Source: Paramoeba atlantica | Taxonomy: Eukaryota > Protista > Discosea | Direction: 5' to 3' | Assembly: GCA_977017575.1 (NCBI GenBank) | Contig: CDRNVI010000015.1 | Span: 310,001-374,000 of the forward strand | DNA length: 64,000 nt | In this document: positions 41,158 to 52,747 of the stretch, one piece after another | How the letters are laid out: each line of letters starts with the position of its first letter | Numbering within the stretch: the first letter of the stretch is position 1 | Made by a program: the position numbers and the translations under genes | The notes under the pieces: generated by a model | The model's input: only the letters and a program-made list of their open reading frames with translations | Told to the model about the DNA's origin: nothing | Database searches by the model: none

Positions 41158-41466
41158 GAACGTGTGTTGCGAGTTTGTTTCAAATATAGAAAGTTTTTTT
41201 TGTAAATTAGTGTCTGAATAGAAAAGGTGAACAATATGTGACGAAGGTATTGCTTTCTACTGAAGTTTTGAGCTGAAGCCGCTGTCTTAGAGAACGAGAA
41301 TATTTGTTTTTGCAAGACTTTCTTTGGTAGTATCACTTGTTTTCATTGTGGCACACGAATCCATCATAGATTATTGCATAAGGCCCCTTAGTTTCGTATT
41401 TTTAGTTCGTGTTTCTGTCTTATTTCTTTTCAGCATTTTAACAAAGTTTCGGAATTCTTTTTGGAA

Positions 41467-43617
41467 ATGGAACTAAAGGAATTGGAGGACATTCTTCGCA
41501 CGTCAAATCACGAGATTGCAGGCCTATTTACTGGGGTATACACTAAGCCATCTCTATTGAAGACTCACGCGTGTGTCATCAAGTATATTCTGAACATACT
41601 TCAGTCACAGACTAATTCTCATGAAAGAGTGGAAAATGATCAGGATCTTATGGATACTGTTGCTCTTTTTTTGACAGAATATGGTGTGTACGACGATTTA
41701 GCAAGGGCTCAAGAAGACACTCGCAGTCTGTTTAATATTATGGATCAGCGAGACCTCCTAGCAAAATTCATGCATCCTCGGATCTTGGATACCCCTGTTA
41801 TTATAGGAAAGGTTACGCATGTGAACTCGCAAAATCTTGAAAAAAAGATCAGTGCTAATTTTAACGAGGAACTTGATTGGGAAAAGAGTAGGGAAAGATC
41901 TCGAGCTGAGAGGCGCAAGAAAAAAGATGATGAGCAGAGGCAATGCGTACAGAAGGAGTACGACGCTTTCATTAAATCCAAAGGTCTTCCACAAACACGT
42001 CACAATACATGCATTCACCGCGAAGGCGTTGGAAAACAACATGGGGAAAATATTGTCTGTGACAATATTCATGTGAATATGGGGAAAACTGTTCTTCTTG
42101 ACGGTACAAAATTACAACTTTTTTGCGCCCACAAATATGGTTTTGTTGGTCCCAATGGCTCTGGTAAAACCACGTTGCTTCGCATGCTCACCGCAAAGGA
42201 ACTTGAAGGAATCAATCCTTATTTGCAAATTATTCACGTGGAACAAGAAATATCTTCAAGCGATCAATCTCCTTTAAAAATTATTTTGGACAGCGACGTA
42301 GAGCGCACACAGCTTCTTGACGAAGAACAAGAATTATTGGCAGCTGAAAATTTAAATAGCGAACGCCTTGCACAAGTATATGCACGTATGGAAGAGATCG
42401 ATGTCCAAACTGCTGAAAATCGGGCTCGCACTATCTTGCGTGGACTGAGCTTTACAGATGAAATGATGACAAGTCCTTCGAGTAAACTATCCGGAGGGTG
42501 GCGAATGCGCGTTGCACTTGCACAGGCTCTTTTTATTAAACCTGATGTTCTCCTTCTTGACGAACCAACAAACCATCTTGATCTTCACGCAGTACTTTGG
42601 CTAGAGAAATTTCTAAAGAAGTGGGATAAAACATTAGTCGTAGTCTCTCATAGTCGCTCTTTTTTGAACGAAGTCTGCACCGAAATAATCCACCTTGAAG
42701 ATAGAAAGCTAATTTATTACAAAGGGGATTACAACACTTTCGAGCGCTCTAGGACAGACAGAATGCAGCAAAGAAAACGAGAATATGAGGCTCAGGAAAG
42801 AAGCAAATCACACATGCAAGCATTTATTGATCGTTTTCGCTATAGCGCGGCACGAGCTGCCCAGGCTCAAAGTCGTTTGAAAGCAATTGATCGCCTAGAT
42901 AAAATTGCTCCTGTTGTAGAGGAAGCAAGGTTAAAATTTGACTTTCCTAGCCCCGAGTGCGCAGAGAGAAATTTGCTTCAAGTTTCCGGTCTTTCTTATC
43001 GATACAAGCTAGGGGGAAGACTTATCATTTCTAAGGTACATATGAACGTAGACTCCGATTCACGCATCGGTATAGTGGGATCAAATGGCAGTGGTAAATC
43101 CACTTTCCTCAAATTGTTGAGTGAAAAACTACCCTGCGGATTGGGTCAAATTACGCGTAATCCAAAGGCTCGGATATCGATGTTCTCACAGCACCATATC
43201 GACGGATTAAATCTGGCACAGACACCATTAGAATCAATGCAAGCAGCGTTCCCTAAGGTAGAAATTTCGCGTTTGCGTGGACACCTTAGTCGTTTTGGAT
43301 TATGTGGTGAAAAGCATCTTCAATCAAACTATACACTTTCTGGTGGTCAAAAGAGCCGTCTGGCATTTGCATTAATGACTTATTTTACACCAGATCTTCT
43401 TTTACTTGATGAACCCACAAATCACTTAGATATTGACACAGTAGACGCTTTGATTATGGCGCTCAATGCGTACCGTGGTGGTGTTGTCATTGTGTCCCAT
43501 GATGAGCACTTTATTTCGTCGGTTTGTGACGACTTGTGGGTTGCGGAAGCAACATGTCTAAACAGGTTTGACGACACGTTCGCTGTTTATAAGAAGCGCA
43601 TACAATCTCTCATGTGA
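41467..43617 (+). CDS. ABCF3: ABC-F family ATPase (ABCF3/GCN20)
   Basis: Two ABC cassettes (GPNGSGKTT, LSGGWRMR, LLLDEPTNHLD; GSNGSGKST, LSGGQKSR), no TM domain, GCN20-like N-terminal region. Confidence 0.9.
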   Translation: MELKELEDILRTSNHEIAGLFTGVYTKPSLLKTHACVIKYILNILQSQTNSHERVENDQDLMDTVALFLTEYGVYDDLARAQEDTRSLFNIMDQRDLLAKFMHPRILDTPVIIGKVTHVNSQNLEKKISANFNEELDWEKSRERSRAERRKKKDDEQRQCVQKEYDAFIKSKGLPQTRHNTCIHREGVGKQHGENIVCDNIHVNMGKTVLLDGTKLQLFCAHKYGFVGPNGSGKTTLLRMLTAKELEGINPYLQIIHVEQEISSSDQSPLKIILDSDVERTQLLDEEQELLAAENLNSERLAQVYARMEEIDVQTAENRARTILRGLSFTDEMMTSPSSKLSGGWRMRVALAQALFIKPDVLLLDEPTNHLDLHAVLWLEKFLKKWDKTLVVVSHSRSFLNEVCTEIIHLEDRKLIYYKGDYNTFERSRTDRMQQRKREYEAQERSKSHMQAFIDRFRYSAARAAQAQSRLKAIDRLDKIAPVVEEARLKFDFPSPECAERNLLQVSGLSYRYKLGGRLIISKVHMNVDSDSRIGIVGSNGSGKSTFLKLLSEKLPCGLGQITRNPKARISMFSQHHIDGLNLAQTPLESMQAAFPKVEISRLRGHLSRFGLCGEKHLQSNYTLSGGQKSRLAFALMTYFTPDLLLLDEPTNHLDIDTVDALIMALNAYRGGVVIVSHDEHFISSVCDDLWVAEATCLNRFDDTFAVYKKRIQSLM

Positions 43618-44017
43618 GCTCAAAATTTATTTTAGAAAGATACCTTTAGCAGAGTGGCGACTTGCGCTTCAGGAGCCATATATATATATACACTTCTGCA
43701 CTTCTTTCTTATTAGGTTTTCCTTTTTAACGTGTTTAAGTTCGTTTTCTTCTTATTTTAGATACTTGGGTATTGTATTTTTTTCATTATTTAAGAGAACA
43801 CAGAAACTGTAGTAATAAAGAGGGATTACAAAAATACTTATGCTTCCTTGGTCACAGTATACAAAAACTGAGAACAGTGTCAAGGAATTTAGAGAAACAC
43901 TACTACACAATAGTGTAGAATAGTACATGTAGGTAATAAACTAATACGACAAAGTACTAAAAATAGACTGTCTGCCAAGAATTCTAATTGCATAATGTCG
44001 AAAATTGCTATCCAAAC

Positions 44018-45526
44018 ATGATTTTCTACTGCACGTTGACAAGGAGCGAGATGAAACCATTGAAGCTTGGTCGATTTGTTTATTCATTGTCGAGATTATC
44101 TCATGTGATACATGGATGTGACGCTCAGAAATTTGAAAAGGTACGTTGCTTCTCATCAAAAAGTGACAACGAATATAGTCGATACAGTAATCGAAAGGAT
44201 AGAGATTTTAAATATGCCCAAAGAAGACCCGGTGACTGGAAATGTAGTGCGTGCAACTCTATTAACTTTCGCTCAATAACAATTTGTCGCAGATGCGAAA
44301 AGCCTGTAAATAAAGACGATCTTCGCTGGAATAATGAAGATGGGTCTCCTTTCGTTGAACACAGAAACAGCTGGCCATGCCCTGTCTGTAATGTTTTGAA
44401 TAGGCAAGGGCGTATGCAGTGTTTCCGTTGCAATGAAAAAATTCCTAGGGAAATAGCGGCTCAATACAATTTCCATGATGGATCTTTCGTATGCACTCGA
44501 TGTCACGTTCTGAATTTTGCCGGAGCCGAATCTTGTAAGTTTTGCGGCGAGGCACCTCCAGCAGAGCTTAATTCAAGCGGCAATTCCGATCATCGCTTAA
44601 TTTTACAAAAGGCCAAATGGTTGTCCAAGTCTTGGAACTGGCAATGCCCCATTTGTGAATATCGCAATTTGAAATATCGGTGGGAATGCTACAAATGTCG
44701 TCATCAACGAGATGCCACTTGTGTGTACACGCCGAGTAACGAAGTTGGTGAGTATCCAGTGACCAGATTTCCAGGCTTACCGTGCGATTGGATATGTGGT
44801 GCATGTTCTAGGGTGAACTTTAAACATTCGAAAAAATGCACAAGGTGTAAGGCAGACAATGACTTAACTTCTCGAACTATTCCTTTGCCCGAGAGTGCGT
44901 ACTTTGGGGGACACAAGGATTATCGTCTCTCTATGGTCCTATTGCCTCCCGGTAGTTGGAGATGCGCCACATGTGAAGTTGTTAACGAACCAAGAAATAA
45001 GTATTGCCATCGATGCAAAAAGCGTACAGGAAATGATAGCAGAGTTTGCACTCTGTTGCAAGAATGGGGTGTAGGCGAGGCGGAAAGCCTTAATACGCTT
45101 AACTCATTGCGAAATATTATTAAGAAAACTGAATCTTTCATATCACAAGATTTGGATTCAGATTCTCTAGATTCGCTGAAAAATGGTCAGTCGTCTCATT
45201 CGTTATCTGACGGTGTGGTTACAGAGTCGAATTTAAGCGATTCTACTCTAGATACACGTGAGACTCGTATAAGAGTTGATACCGTTCCCGAGTACATGTC
45301 AGCAAGCTCAGCGCCACCACCGAGGTTTCCATTGTGGGAATGCAATGACTGTCACATGCACAATACATGCTTGAGATGTAGTTGTATTAGTTGCGGATCC
45401 CGATCTTCCCAACTACCTCCTCTTCCTGATGATTTCAAACACTGTTCCAAGTGCTCTCATGTTAACAACCGGGCGCGAATCAAATGTCTCCGCTGTACCG
45501 GTCTGGTGGAGGAAAAGAGACCATGA
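44018..45526 (+). CDS. Multi-RanBP2-type zinc-finger protein (8 fingers), mitochondrial-like N-terminus
   Basis: Eight W-x-C-x2-C-x3-N-x6-C-x2-C type units, e.g. GDWKCSACNSINFRSITICRRC. Confidence 0.88.
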   Translation: MIFYCTLTRSEMKPLKLGRFVYSLSRLSHVIHGCDAQKFEKVRCFSSKSDNEYSRYSNRKDRDFKYAQRRPGDWKCSACNSINFRSITICRRCEKPVNKDDLRWNNEDGSPFVEHRNSWPCPVCNVLNRQGRMQCFRCNEKIPREIAAQYNFHDGSFVCTRCHVLNFAGAESCKFCGEAPPAELNSSGNSDHRLILQKAKWLSKSWNWQCPICEYRNLKYRWECYKCRHQRDATCVYTPSNEVGEYPVTRFPGLPCDWICGACSRVNFKHSKKCTRCKADNDLTSRTIPLPESAYFGGHKDYRLSMVLLPPGSWRCATCEVVNEPRNKYCHRCKKRTGNDSRVCTLLQEWGVGEAESLNTLNSLRNIIKKTESFISQDLDSDSLDSLKNGQSSHSLSDGVVTESNLSDSTLDTRETRIRVDTVPEYMSASSAPPPRFPLWECNDCHMHNTCLRCSCISCGSRSSQLPPLPDDFKHCSKCSHVNNRARIKCLRCTGLVEEKRP

Positions 45527-45813
45527 GGTTGTTCGTCAAGTACAGAATACCGAAGTTATTAAATACATGCCAATGAAACATTGCGGGCACTTTTCCCTTT
45601 TAGATGAGTACAAGCAGCATAAAATTTGAGTGAACACGGCATATCTTTTGGTGGTCATGAATCCACTTGTAAATTGTTTATTTGTTTTACTAAACGTACC
45701 GAGATTCAATTTCTTTTCTACCTCCGGGCCTTAAGACGAATTCGGTGCATTGTTTTCTGTACCCTTTGTTTCATTTGTTTTTCTTAGAAGTTCTAAGAAT
45801 AAAAGCATAGTAA

Positions 45814-48321
45814 ATGTGGAGGAAAGCTGCTTATCGCACTGCATCGAAACTTTCCGACCTTCGGCACCCGATCACAACTAAGTCAGGTTGGGAATTCGAG
45901 CATGTAGGAATAGACATTCAGAACTACATCGAGATTTCAGTTTCAATTCACAAAGATGAATGGGCCAATACTGATAAAGATCAACAGAAACTATTGAATC
46001 AGACTAGTAGCTATGGGGTAGACGCTTTGCGAACACAAATTTTTGGTCTTGCGAAACCAACTAAATCAGTTGGTATATTTCTTGATGGTTCTCTTCCGCT
46101 TTGGTGCATTCGAAGTTTTCGCAGGGGTAAAAAATCTTACAAGTTGCAGCACTCACCAGGTTCAGAGCTTTTGGTGGCAACTGAATGCAAATTGGCAAGT
46201 GACATGAAGCGTCGGCTTCGGGAGCAAAATCGCTCTGTCGGTGAGATGGTTCTCTCAGGAACTCGCACGCCAGGATCCTTAGAGGGCAAAATGGCAGGTT
46301 GGTTTCAAGATTTGGTCGCTCGAGGAAGTGTTAGAAATGAACGAATAGCAATTATAGCTCAAGGAGCTCATCATTTTGCAACAATGATGGCAATGGTGCC
46401 ATTTCACAATATCAGCTTTCTTTCACTTGTGCAGCAAAACAGCTCACAGTTCTACTTTTATGACATGATGGAATACTTCGGACTATTAGAATACATGGAC
46501 TCGCCGGATCTCTCACGCATTCGTATTGATTTAACTTTTCTCATTATATTAACGTACGGAATAAGTTGGGCCCAGCTTAATGCCTTAAGCAATGTCTCTT
46601 TAAAGGACATCTTGGATAACTATCACCAAATATCTATCCCGAAACGGAAATTTCTTTTTACAGAAAGCTTAAAGCTTGACGTAAAAAACTTTAAATTAAT
46701 ACTCCCATCTAGTAAAGTGCAACGCCGAAGCATGGCTGACAATGTGTTGATAGTATGCAAAGAATATACGGAGATGTCTCTTCAAACACACCACACCTTG
46801 TGCACCGGACGCGTCTTAAATTATTATTACGTTCCAACAGAATATTTAAATTCCGAAAAACCACTAGCACTTGGACTCCAACATATTACAGCTTGGCTTG
46901 ATGGGGTAGACCAGCCGTATATTACTCCCACCGTTGATTTAAGACCCGCAATATCCGCCCTACACTTCGGAATATCTTGCATCGGTAGTGAGTTTGCGGG
47001 ATCATGCACAACACTGGGAAAATGGATGAAGGCGCATCCAGAACCTAAAGAGGCCTATGGCGTTTTTAAGCAATTAATTAGCCAAAGTGAAATTCCTGAT
47101 GTTCTTACAAAAGCAAACGATTTGATACAGACTTTAAAGCAACAAATTCCCCCAATCTTGCAGGAAACTCATAGAGCCAAGGTTTATTCTCGTATTTACC
47201 ACCATACTCGGGCATCAGCAACGAGCGATTCGTGCCGTCACGAATTTGATATCGGAGCCTTAAGCCAGTCTAAGAAAGGTTTGCGATACGTCCCACAGAC
47301 AGTCCCGATTGTGTTTGATCCCCTCTTGCGTAGGCAAGTCAAACTCCTGGTGGAGTACGACCCTTTTCAAAAGGTATGGGCCATGAAGAATTCGACTCAT
47401 GCTTTGTCATTGTCCACTCAAACCCATTTAAGCTCTTTGCGGTTTATTACTTGGAATGTTCTTTTTAACAAGTACAACAACGAAGACACTGTAATGGGAA
47501 AACCTGCAATTGATCGATGTTCTTCACAGAGATACGTTGCCATTGCGCATGAATTGAGTCAACGGAAAGCCGATGTTATAGCGCTTCAGGAAGTTATGCC
47601 AGAGTTTTGGGAATACCTTGCGAATCAGACTTGGGTGCGTGAGAACTACATTTTAACCTGTGATAAGAGCGGAACAGACATTAACCCATGGGGTATTTTC
47701 ATGATGTGTCACAAGCGACTAACGATAGCAGAAACAAATACGCACAATGTTCCAGGGTACAACGGGCATATTTGTCCTATGCCCGAAGTGGCAATATCAA
47801 TAAAGGGTGTTGGTCCAGAGGGTATTCTAAGAATCAGCTCCATCCATTTAAATTCTTCACTGAACGAGAACATGATATCCGTTCGCAAAACGCAAATTGC
47901 GAATTTCATGAAGCTATGCGATGAGAAACGTACCGGGATGCACTGCATTGTTGGCGGAGATTATAATCAGGAGTGGAGTATGCCATCAAATACCTACTTT
48001 CGAGATGCTTGGACCACGGCTGGCCTTTCAGAGCGCTCCGGGTGGACTATAGACAACGAACGAAATGGTTTATGCGCTCGATTGATTGAAGATCAATTCC
48101 AAGGTCGGTATGATAGAATCTTTTTTAGATCACCAGTTCTTCACCTAGAGGGCGCTAGCTTAATTGGCGATCGCAGTGTTAATGAAATTTTGGGATCACC
48201 TCCTAGTTCGCTTGCACCAAATATGACCTGGCCGGAATGGTTGTATCCATCGGATCACTTCGGGGTTGAGTGTTCTTTTTGCATTAATTTTCCTCGCGCC
48301 GGGAAGTTTAAAAAGGAATAG
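45814..48321 (+). CDS. KREX1/KREX2: Editosome exoUase KREX1/KREX2-type protein (degenerate XRN-like N-terminus + EEP nuclease)
   Basis: N-terminal FEHVGIDI, IFLDGSLP and SGTRTPGSLEGKM (XRN-N-like). C-terminal LRFITWNV, ADVIALQEV, IVGGDYN, RDAW, RYDRIFF and PSDHFGV. This fusion is the kinetoplastid KREX architecture. Confidence 0.8.
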   Translation: MWRKAAYRTASKLSDLRHPITTKSGWEFEHVGIDIQNYIEISVSIHKDEWANTDKDQQKLLNQTSSYGVDALRTQIFGLAKPTKSVGIFLDGSLPLWCIRSFRRGKKSYKLQHSPGSELLVATECKLASDMKRRLREQNRSVGEMVLSGTRTPGSLEGKMAGWFQDLVARGSVRNERIAIIAQGAHHFATMMAMVPFHNISFLSLVQQNSSQFYFYDMMEYFGLLEYMDSPDLSRIRIDLTFLIILTYGISWAQLNALSNVSLKDILDNYHQISIPKRKFLFTESLKLDVKNFKLILPSSKVQRRSMADNVLIVCKEYTEMSLQTHHTLCTGRVLNYYYVPTEYLNSEKPLALGLQHITAWLDGVDQPYITPTVDLRPAISALHFGISCIGSEFAGSCTTLGKWMKAHPEPKEAYGVFKQLISQSEIPDVLTKANDLIQTLKQQIPPILQETHRAKVYSRIYHHTRASATSDSCRHEFDIGALSQSKKGLRYVPQTVPIVFDPLLRRQVKLLVEYDPFQKVWAMKNSTHALSLSTQTHLSSLRFITWNVLFNKYNNEDTVMGKPAIDRCSSQRYVAIAHELSQRKADVIALQEVMPEFWEYLANQTWVRENYILTCDKSGTDINPWGIFMMCHKRLTIAETNTHNVPGYNGHICPMPEVAISIKGVGPEGILRISSIHLNSSLNENMISVRKTQIANFMKLCDEKRTGMHCIVGGDYNQEWSMPSNTYFRDAWTTAGLSERSGWTIDNERNGLCARLIEDQFQGRYDRIFFRSPVLHLEGASLIGDRSVNEILGSPPSSLAPNMTWPEWLYPSDHFGVECSFCINFPRAGKFKKE

Positions 48322-48861
48322 TTTGTTTTTTAAATAATATTTAAGCCACACTTCCTGTGTATGAACTATTAAGGAGAAATAGCTGACTCGATATCTCTTT
48401 AAATATGGGCCAAAAAAAGTTACGCAACCTTAAGTGTTCATTGTGAACAACGTACATGTATTTTCATCTGCTGATGAAGGATTATACAATTCACTTATGA
48501 TCAGAAGGAAACATCAACTGCGCTACAACATTAATACACTTTGAACCGTGCTGCGTGGGCGCAGCGTATTAGAATATTTTTGTCGCATTGTAACGCTACA
48601 TGATCAATTACGTGGCACTTTATACCTGTATGGATATTTATTTATTATATTGCGTGCCCATAGTTGTAAATTCTTCTAATTCTACGAATTTCGTTTAATT
48701 TTATCATAATCATACTCGTCTGGATACATTTTAATTTTTGGCGTTTTCATTATTGTCAAAGATGGAAGTTCGTTTAGGTTCACCTACATAAAAGAACTCA
48801 GCTATCCTAGAGGACCGGCAGAAATTGTAAAACGAATACAGTGCAATCGCATATTTAGGTC

Positions 48862-49740
48862 ATGTCGGATCCCATTCGCCGTGACCCGGGAGAATTTTTA
48901 CGCCAGTTAAAGCGCATGTGTTCGAATTCCCACTGGCAGAAAGCGATGTTCTTCGCTTCACGCGGTCGCATGATAGGATTTCAGCTTGATGTCCGACACT
49001 ACAACTTATGTCTCTACAGCCAAGCGGTATGGGGAAGGGCCCTTGAAATCGTACAACTCATTGACGCCATGAATCATGACAAGGTCAAGTTGGACGCTAG
49101 CAGTTACTACTACATCGTCAACGGTATGGCGAATGTGGATCACGGGTACTCGGCTGATTTTAACGTAAACCACCGTCTCGAGCGGCTACAGCACTGGCGA
49201 GTTGCCATCAATGCTTTGCTTGCGTGTGAGGCCAATGGTCATGAGCCCACCGCCACCATGTACAACAGTGCCATTGTGGCGTGTACCATCCCTACCATGG
49301 AGCGCTGGATGGAAGCTACCTACCTGTTTCACCGCTTACTGTCTGAGGAGCATAAACCTCATCCCCAGATGGTACAGAAACTGGAGCTTTGTTTGCTCCG
49401 AGCACGACGACCGTTTGATATTCAGCGCCTGCTGAATCTCGCAGTCACTCATCACACTCAAGGGTATCATACCCGGGAGTGTGTGGTGGGGGGTGGGCCT
49501 CGGGTGGCGCTGACCCCAGAGGAAGAGCAGGCGTACGAGGCGGAGTGCGATCTCCCGGCCTATGGTACCGGGGGGGTGCCGCTGCACGCTCACGGTATTT
49601 TCCGCCCCATGGTGTGGAGAGGGCTGTGGTGGCGCTGGCACGCGGTAGCGAATAAGTACCGCCCGCGACAGGCGCTGAAACGAAGGCAGCTCTGCCCGAG
49701 GTGGTCTCCTTCTGGGATTCCGGGGTGGAATAAGAAGTGA
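48862..49740 (+). CDS. Small pentatricopeptide repeat (PPR) protein
   Basis: 35-aa PPR-like units: LDVRHYNLCL..., LDASSYYYIVNGM, PTATMYNSAIVAC...WMEATYLFHRL. Confidence 0.8.
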   Translation: MSDPIRRDPGEFLRQLKRMCSNSHWQKAMFFASRGRMIGFQLDVRHYNLCLYSQAVWGRALEIVQLIDAMNHDKVKLDASSYYYIVNGMANVDHGYSADFNVNHRLERLQHWRVAINALLACEANGHEPTATMYNSAIVACTIPTMERWMEATYLFHRLLSEEHKPHPQMVQKLELCLLRARRPFDIQRLLNLAVTHHTQGYHTRECVVGGGPRVALTPEEEQAYEAECDLPAYGTGGVPLHAHGIFRPMVWRGLWWRWHAVANKYRPRQALKRRQLCPRWSPSGIPGWNKK

Positions 49741-49941
49741 GAACGGAAGGAGGGTGATCACTGTGATTGAATATTTATTTTATGGTATACAATACCGCAT
49801 TGTTTGCTTTTAATGACATACACGTACTACTTTGTTTTTTGTTCTTTTTGTCCAATAATTTTTTCCGCGTCCCATATATTTTCACGATAGATTTATTGGT
49901 ATTTTTCCCAGGATCTCCTCTACACCTTACCATATTAAGGA

Positions 49942-51198
49942 ATGACTGATCACATTAGAGTTCAATTCTGGACTCACTGCACGAATTATCGAATCGAGGA
50001 CAGCTCGAGTCGAACCTTTACGGTGCCTCCGAATGTACTCCCGGAAGGTCTTTCCGAACTTGTAGGTTCGCTTCTTTCCACTTCGGCAGTTCCAATGGCA
50101 TTCTTAATTGGGGGCACTCTGCTTACTACTGCGCTTGGGCAGTACCTGAGGGATCACCCAGAGGAGTCCACCCCGGAACATGTGATTCGGATCCAATACC
50201 TCCCGAAGTTGCATCCCGAAGTTACGGCCTCCATGCCGCAGGAGGACTGGGTGAGTTGCGTCCGTAGTGTATATCCGGCATCAGGATTATTCGCGACGGG
50301 ATCCTATGACTACATTGTGCGTGTGTGTCACATAGCCGCAAGCGGTTCCCAGGAGGTGGCACGCGGAGTAGCACACCAAGCCCCTGTCAAAGAGATTTGT
50401 GTTTTAAATGCGCCCGAGTCCCTTCAAGAGCATGTTGGAAAGGAACAACACGAGATGTTGTCCCGGCTGAAAGGTATGCAAATTGTTTCTGCCGTCCAAG
50501 ACGGCTCCGTCGGGTTGTGGGATTTTCCTTCCCAAAGTGCCTCTGAACACGAAACCTTGAAGACACCACTTTCACTTTCGTTGACCAGAGAATTTCGCTT
50601 TCACACAGAACCTGTCGAGACTGTGTGTAGCACTGGAGAGTCTAATCTAGTCGCCAGCGGGGGCTGGGACAACCAAATATGCGTGTGGGACCCTACCCGA
50701 GATTTCTTGGAACCACGAGTACGGCTCCAGGGGCATATACGCGCCGTAACAAAATGCGGTGCCTCCTTGCTTACAGGGTTGATCAGCACCTCCCTGGATG
50801 GTTCTCTTCGCCGCTGGGATATCGAAACAGGACAGTGTGCACTCACACAGCACTGTGGACACGCGGCGTATGGGATGGCTTGCCGTGGGGAGTACACTAC
50901 CACGGCGCATACCGACGCTAAGGTACGGCTTTGGGTCGGGCAAAGCCCTGACCCCACACACATCCTGAAAGGTCACACGAGATGGGTGTATAACGTTGCG
51001 TTTTATGGTGACAGTCATGTGGCGAGTGCATCCGAGGACGGGACGATTCGCTTGTGGGATGTACGCGTCCCAAATGAGCCTTTATCCATTCTGTCACATG
51101 TTCATGCAAATGGGGTGTTGGATGTAATCAATGCAGGCGAGGGCTTTATTGCTTCTTCTGGTAAAGATCATTTTATAAGAGTAACTCAAATAGGATGA
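49942..51198 (+). CDS. YTM1: Ribosome biogenesis WD40 protein Ytm1/WDR12
   Basis: N-terminal NLE/ubiquitin-like domain (FLIGGTLLTTALGQYL...EHVIRIQY), DWVSCV, TGSYD and seven WD-type repeats. Confidence 0.8.
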   Translation: MTDHIRVQFWTHCTNYRIEDSSSRTFTVPPNVLPEGLSELVGSLLSTSAVPMAFLIGGTLLTTALGQYLRDHPEESTPEHVIRIQYLPKLHPEVTASMPQEDWVSCVRSVYPASGLFATGSYDYIVRVCHIAASGSQEVARGVAHQAPVKEICVLNAPESLQEHVGKEQHEMLSRLKGMQIVSAVQDGSVGLWDFPSQSASEHETLKTPLSLSLTREFRFHTEPVETVCSTGESNLVASGGWDNQICVWDPTRDFLEPRVRLQGHIRAVTKCGASLLTGLISTSLDGSLRRWDIETGQCALTQHCGHAAYGMACRGEYTTTAHTDAKVRLWVGQSPDPTHILKGHTRWVYNVAFYGDSHVASASEDGTIRLWDVRVPNEPLSILSHVHANGVLDVINAGEGFIASSGKDHFIRVTQIG

Positions 51199-51535
51199 TG
51201 TCAATGTCGTATGTGCACGACATATAAGTCGATTTCTGTATTAAAACTATTCTTACTACGTTTCGCTGTATTTTATAATACAGAACTTTAAAAGTATCCT
51301 TACATGGGCTAGAAGAATATACATGTACTTCTTGGACAACTCCGTAACTGGTTAGTATAAATTTTTATTCTTCTAAGCCAACTACCATATTATCTAGTAC
51401 AGGCACTGATTTTTGTTTACCATGTCATGGCGCCACAGTGTTAATGTCTTAGTTTAAGACTCTTAAACACGCACCGATGCACCCTTGCACGAATCTGTAT
51501 TTTTGTGCTTAATTTTGGAAAGAAATGGAGTTCTG

Positions 51536-52561
51536 ATGAACATCGAGATGCGACACTATAACTTTATTTCCGTTTCCGAAAAGTGGTGCAAACTGTGTCA
51601 CGAACCCTATGCTTCTTGGAGATCCCACATCAGCGGAAGAGTTCAGTGCCACGCAACACTTGAAGATTTGTTTTACTCTTATACTACTTTGCATTTGCGG
51701 ACTTGGAAACCGCAACTGGTCTATCTTACCATAGGAATGAACCCACATAATATACTTTCTTTCCAGCAGGGGAAAAGAGTCAAATCGTCACGTACTTCAA
51801 CTAAAAAGAAATTTAATGCTACTTCTTCACATATTGTGGATAATAGGAAAGCACATGCTTTCAAAAGATACATGGGCGAAGAGATAAAAAATTCAAGTGT
51901 AGCTCCTGCGAATGAACGCTTTCAAAACCTTGATCACGGCAGGTTTAAACTATTATATAAAACGTATGACTTTGAAAGAGCTAATCACATGCACACTCTG
52001 TATAACTTGATTCTGCATCTGTATGTTAATAAGTGGCTTGCCGGTTGCATTTCGCAAGACACACGTGAACTAACTTTCCGCTCCCTCCATGGTTTAAAAT
52101 GTATAAATTATATACTTGTTAGAATTCTATGGGTTTTATTTTTGAGATCAGACACGGGGTCACTTAGCGTTACTCACCAACGCTGTGTCGACCCTTATAA
52201 CCTCGAAGTCGTCTTTGACAGTCTTCGTCTCGGATGTATTTTTCATTTGACGAAACAAACCCCGGAAGCGAAAGCTTATCAAGTTCGAGTGATTTACAGT
52301 GATATATATGGCTTACTCTTTTGGTACACCAAGGCGCCTATCTATATTCGAGAAATAGCTGAATACGTCCTAAAATCTCTATCCGCTTACGTGGTCGAAG
52401 TTCAAATGATTGAACTTAGCAATCGTGCTGATAGGGCTTGGAAAACTTTTGGTTGTCCAACAGAACCGAATACATTTTCCCTAACCCTACAAAACAGAAT
52501 AGGACGAAAAGAGGATGCAGAGATAGTGTTACGCTATCCCAAACTCTTTGAAACGCTTTAG
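51536..52561 (+). CDS. KREPB-family-like protein (U1-like zinc finger + degenerate RNase III)
   Basis: WCKLC...W..H......H finger followed by an RNase III-like helical block (...PYNLEVVFDSLRL...) lacking the catalytic E-x-x-GD. Confidence 0.6.
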   Translation: MNIEMRHYNFISVSEKWCKLCHEPYASWRSHISGRVQCHATLEDLFYSYTTLHLRTWKPQLVYLTIGMNPHNILSFQQGKRVKSSRTSTKKKFNATSSHIVDNRKAHAFKRYMGEEIKNSSVAPANERFQNLDHGRFKLLYKTYDFERANHMHTLYNLILHLYVNKWLAGCISQDTRELTFRSLHGLKCINYILVRILWVLFLRSDTGSLSVTHQRCVDPYNLEVVFDSLRLGCIFHLTKQTPEAKAYQVRVIYSDIYGLLFWYTKAPIYIREIAEYVLKSLSAYVVEVQMIELSNRADRAWKTFGCPTEPNTFSLTLQNRIGRKEDAEIVLRYPKLFETL

Positions 52562-52747
52562 CCAAAACAATAGTCATTAGAATATGATTAGGAATAAGTT
52601 AGTAACTAGAAATAACGTTTGGTTGAATGACGTTGTGCACTTTACGATTCCACTATAAATTATTTATAAATATATTAAGTATCTATAAATATAATAAGTA
52701 TATTTTTGTTTTTTACACCTAAATGTAGGTATACATGTATACCCAAT

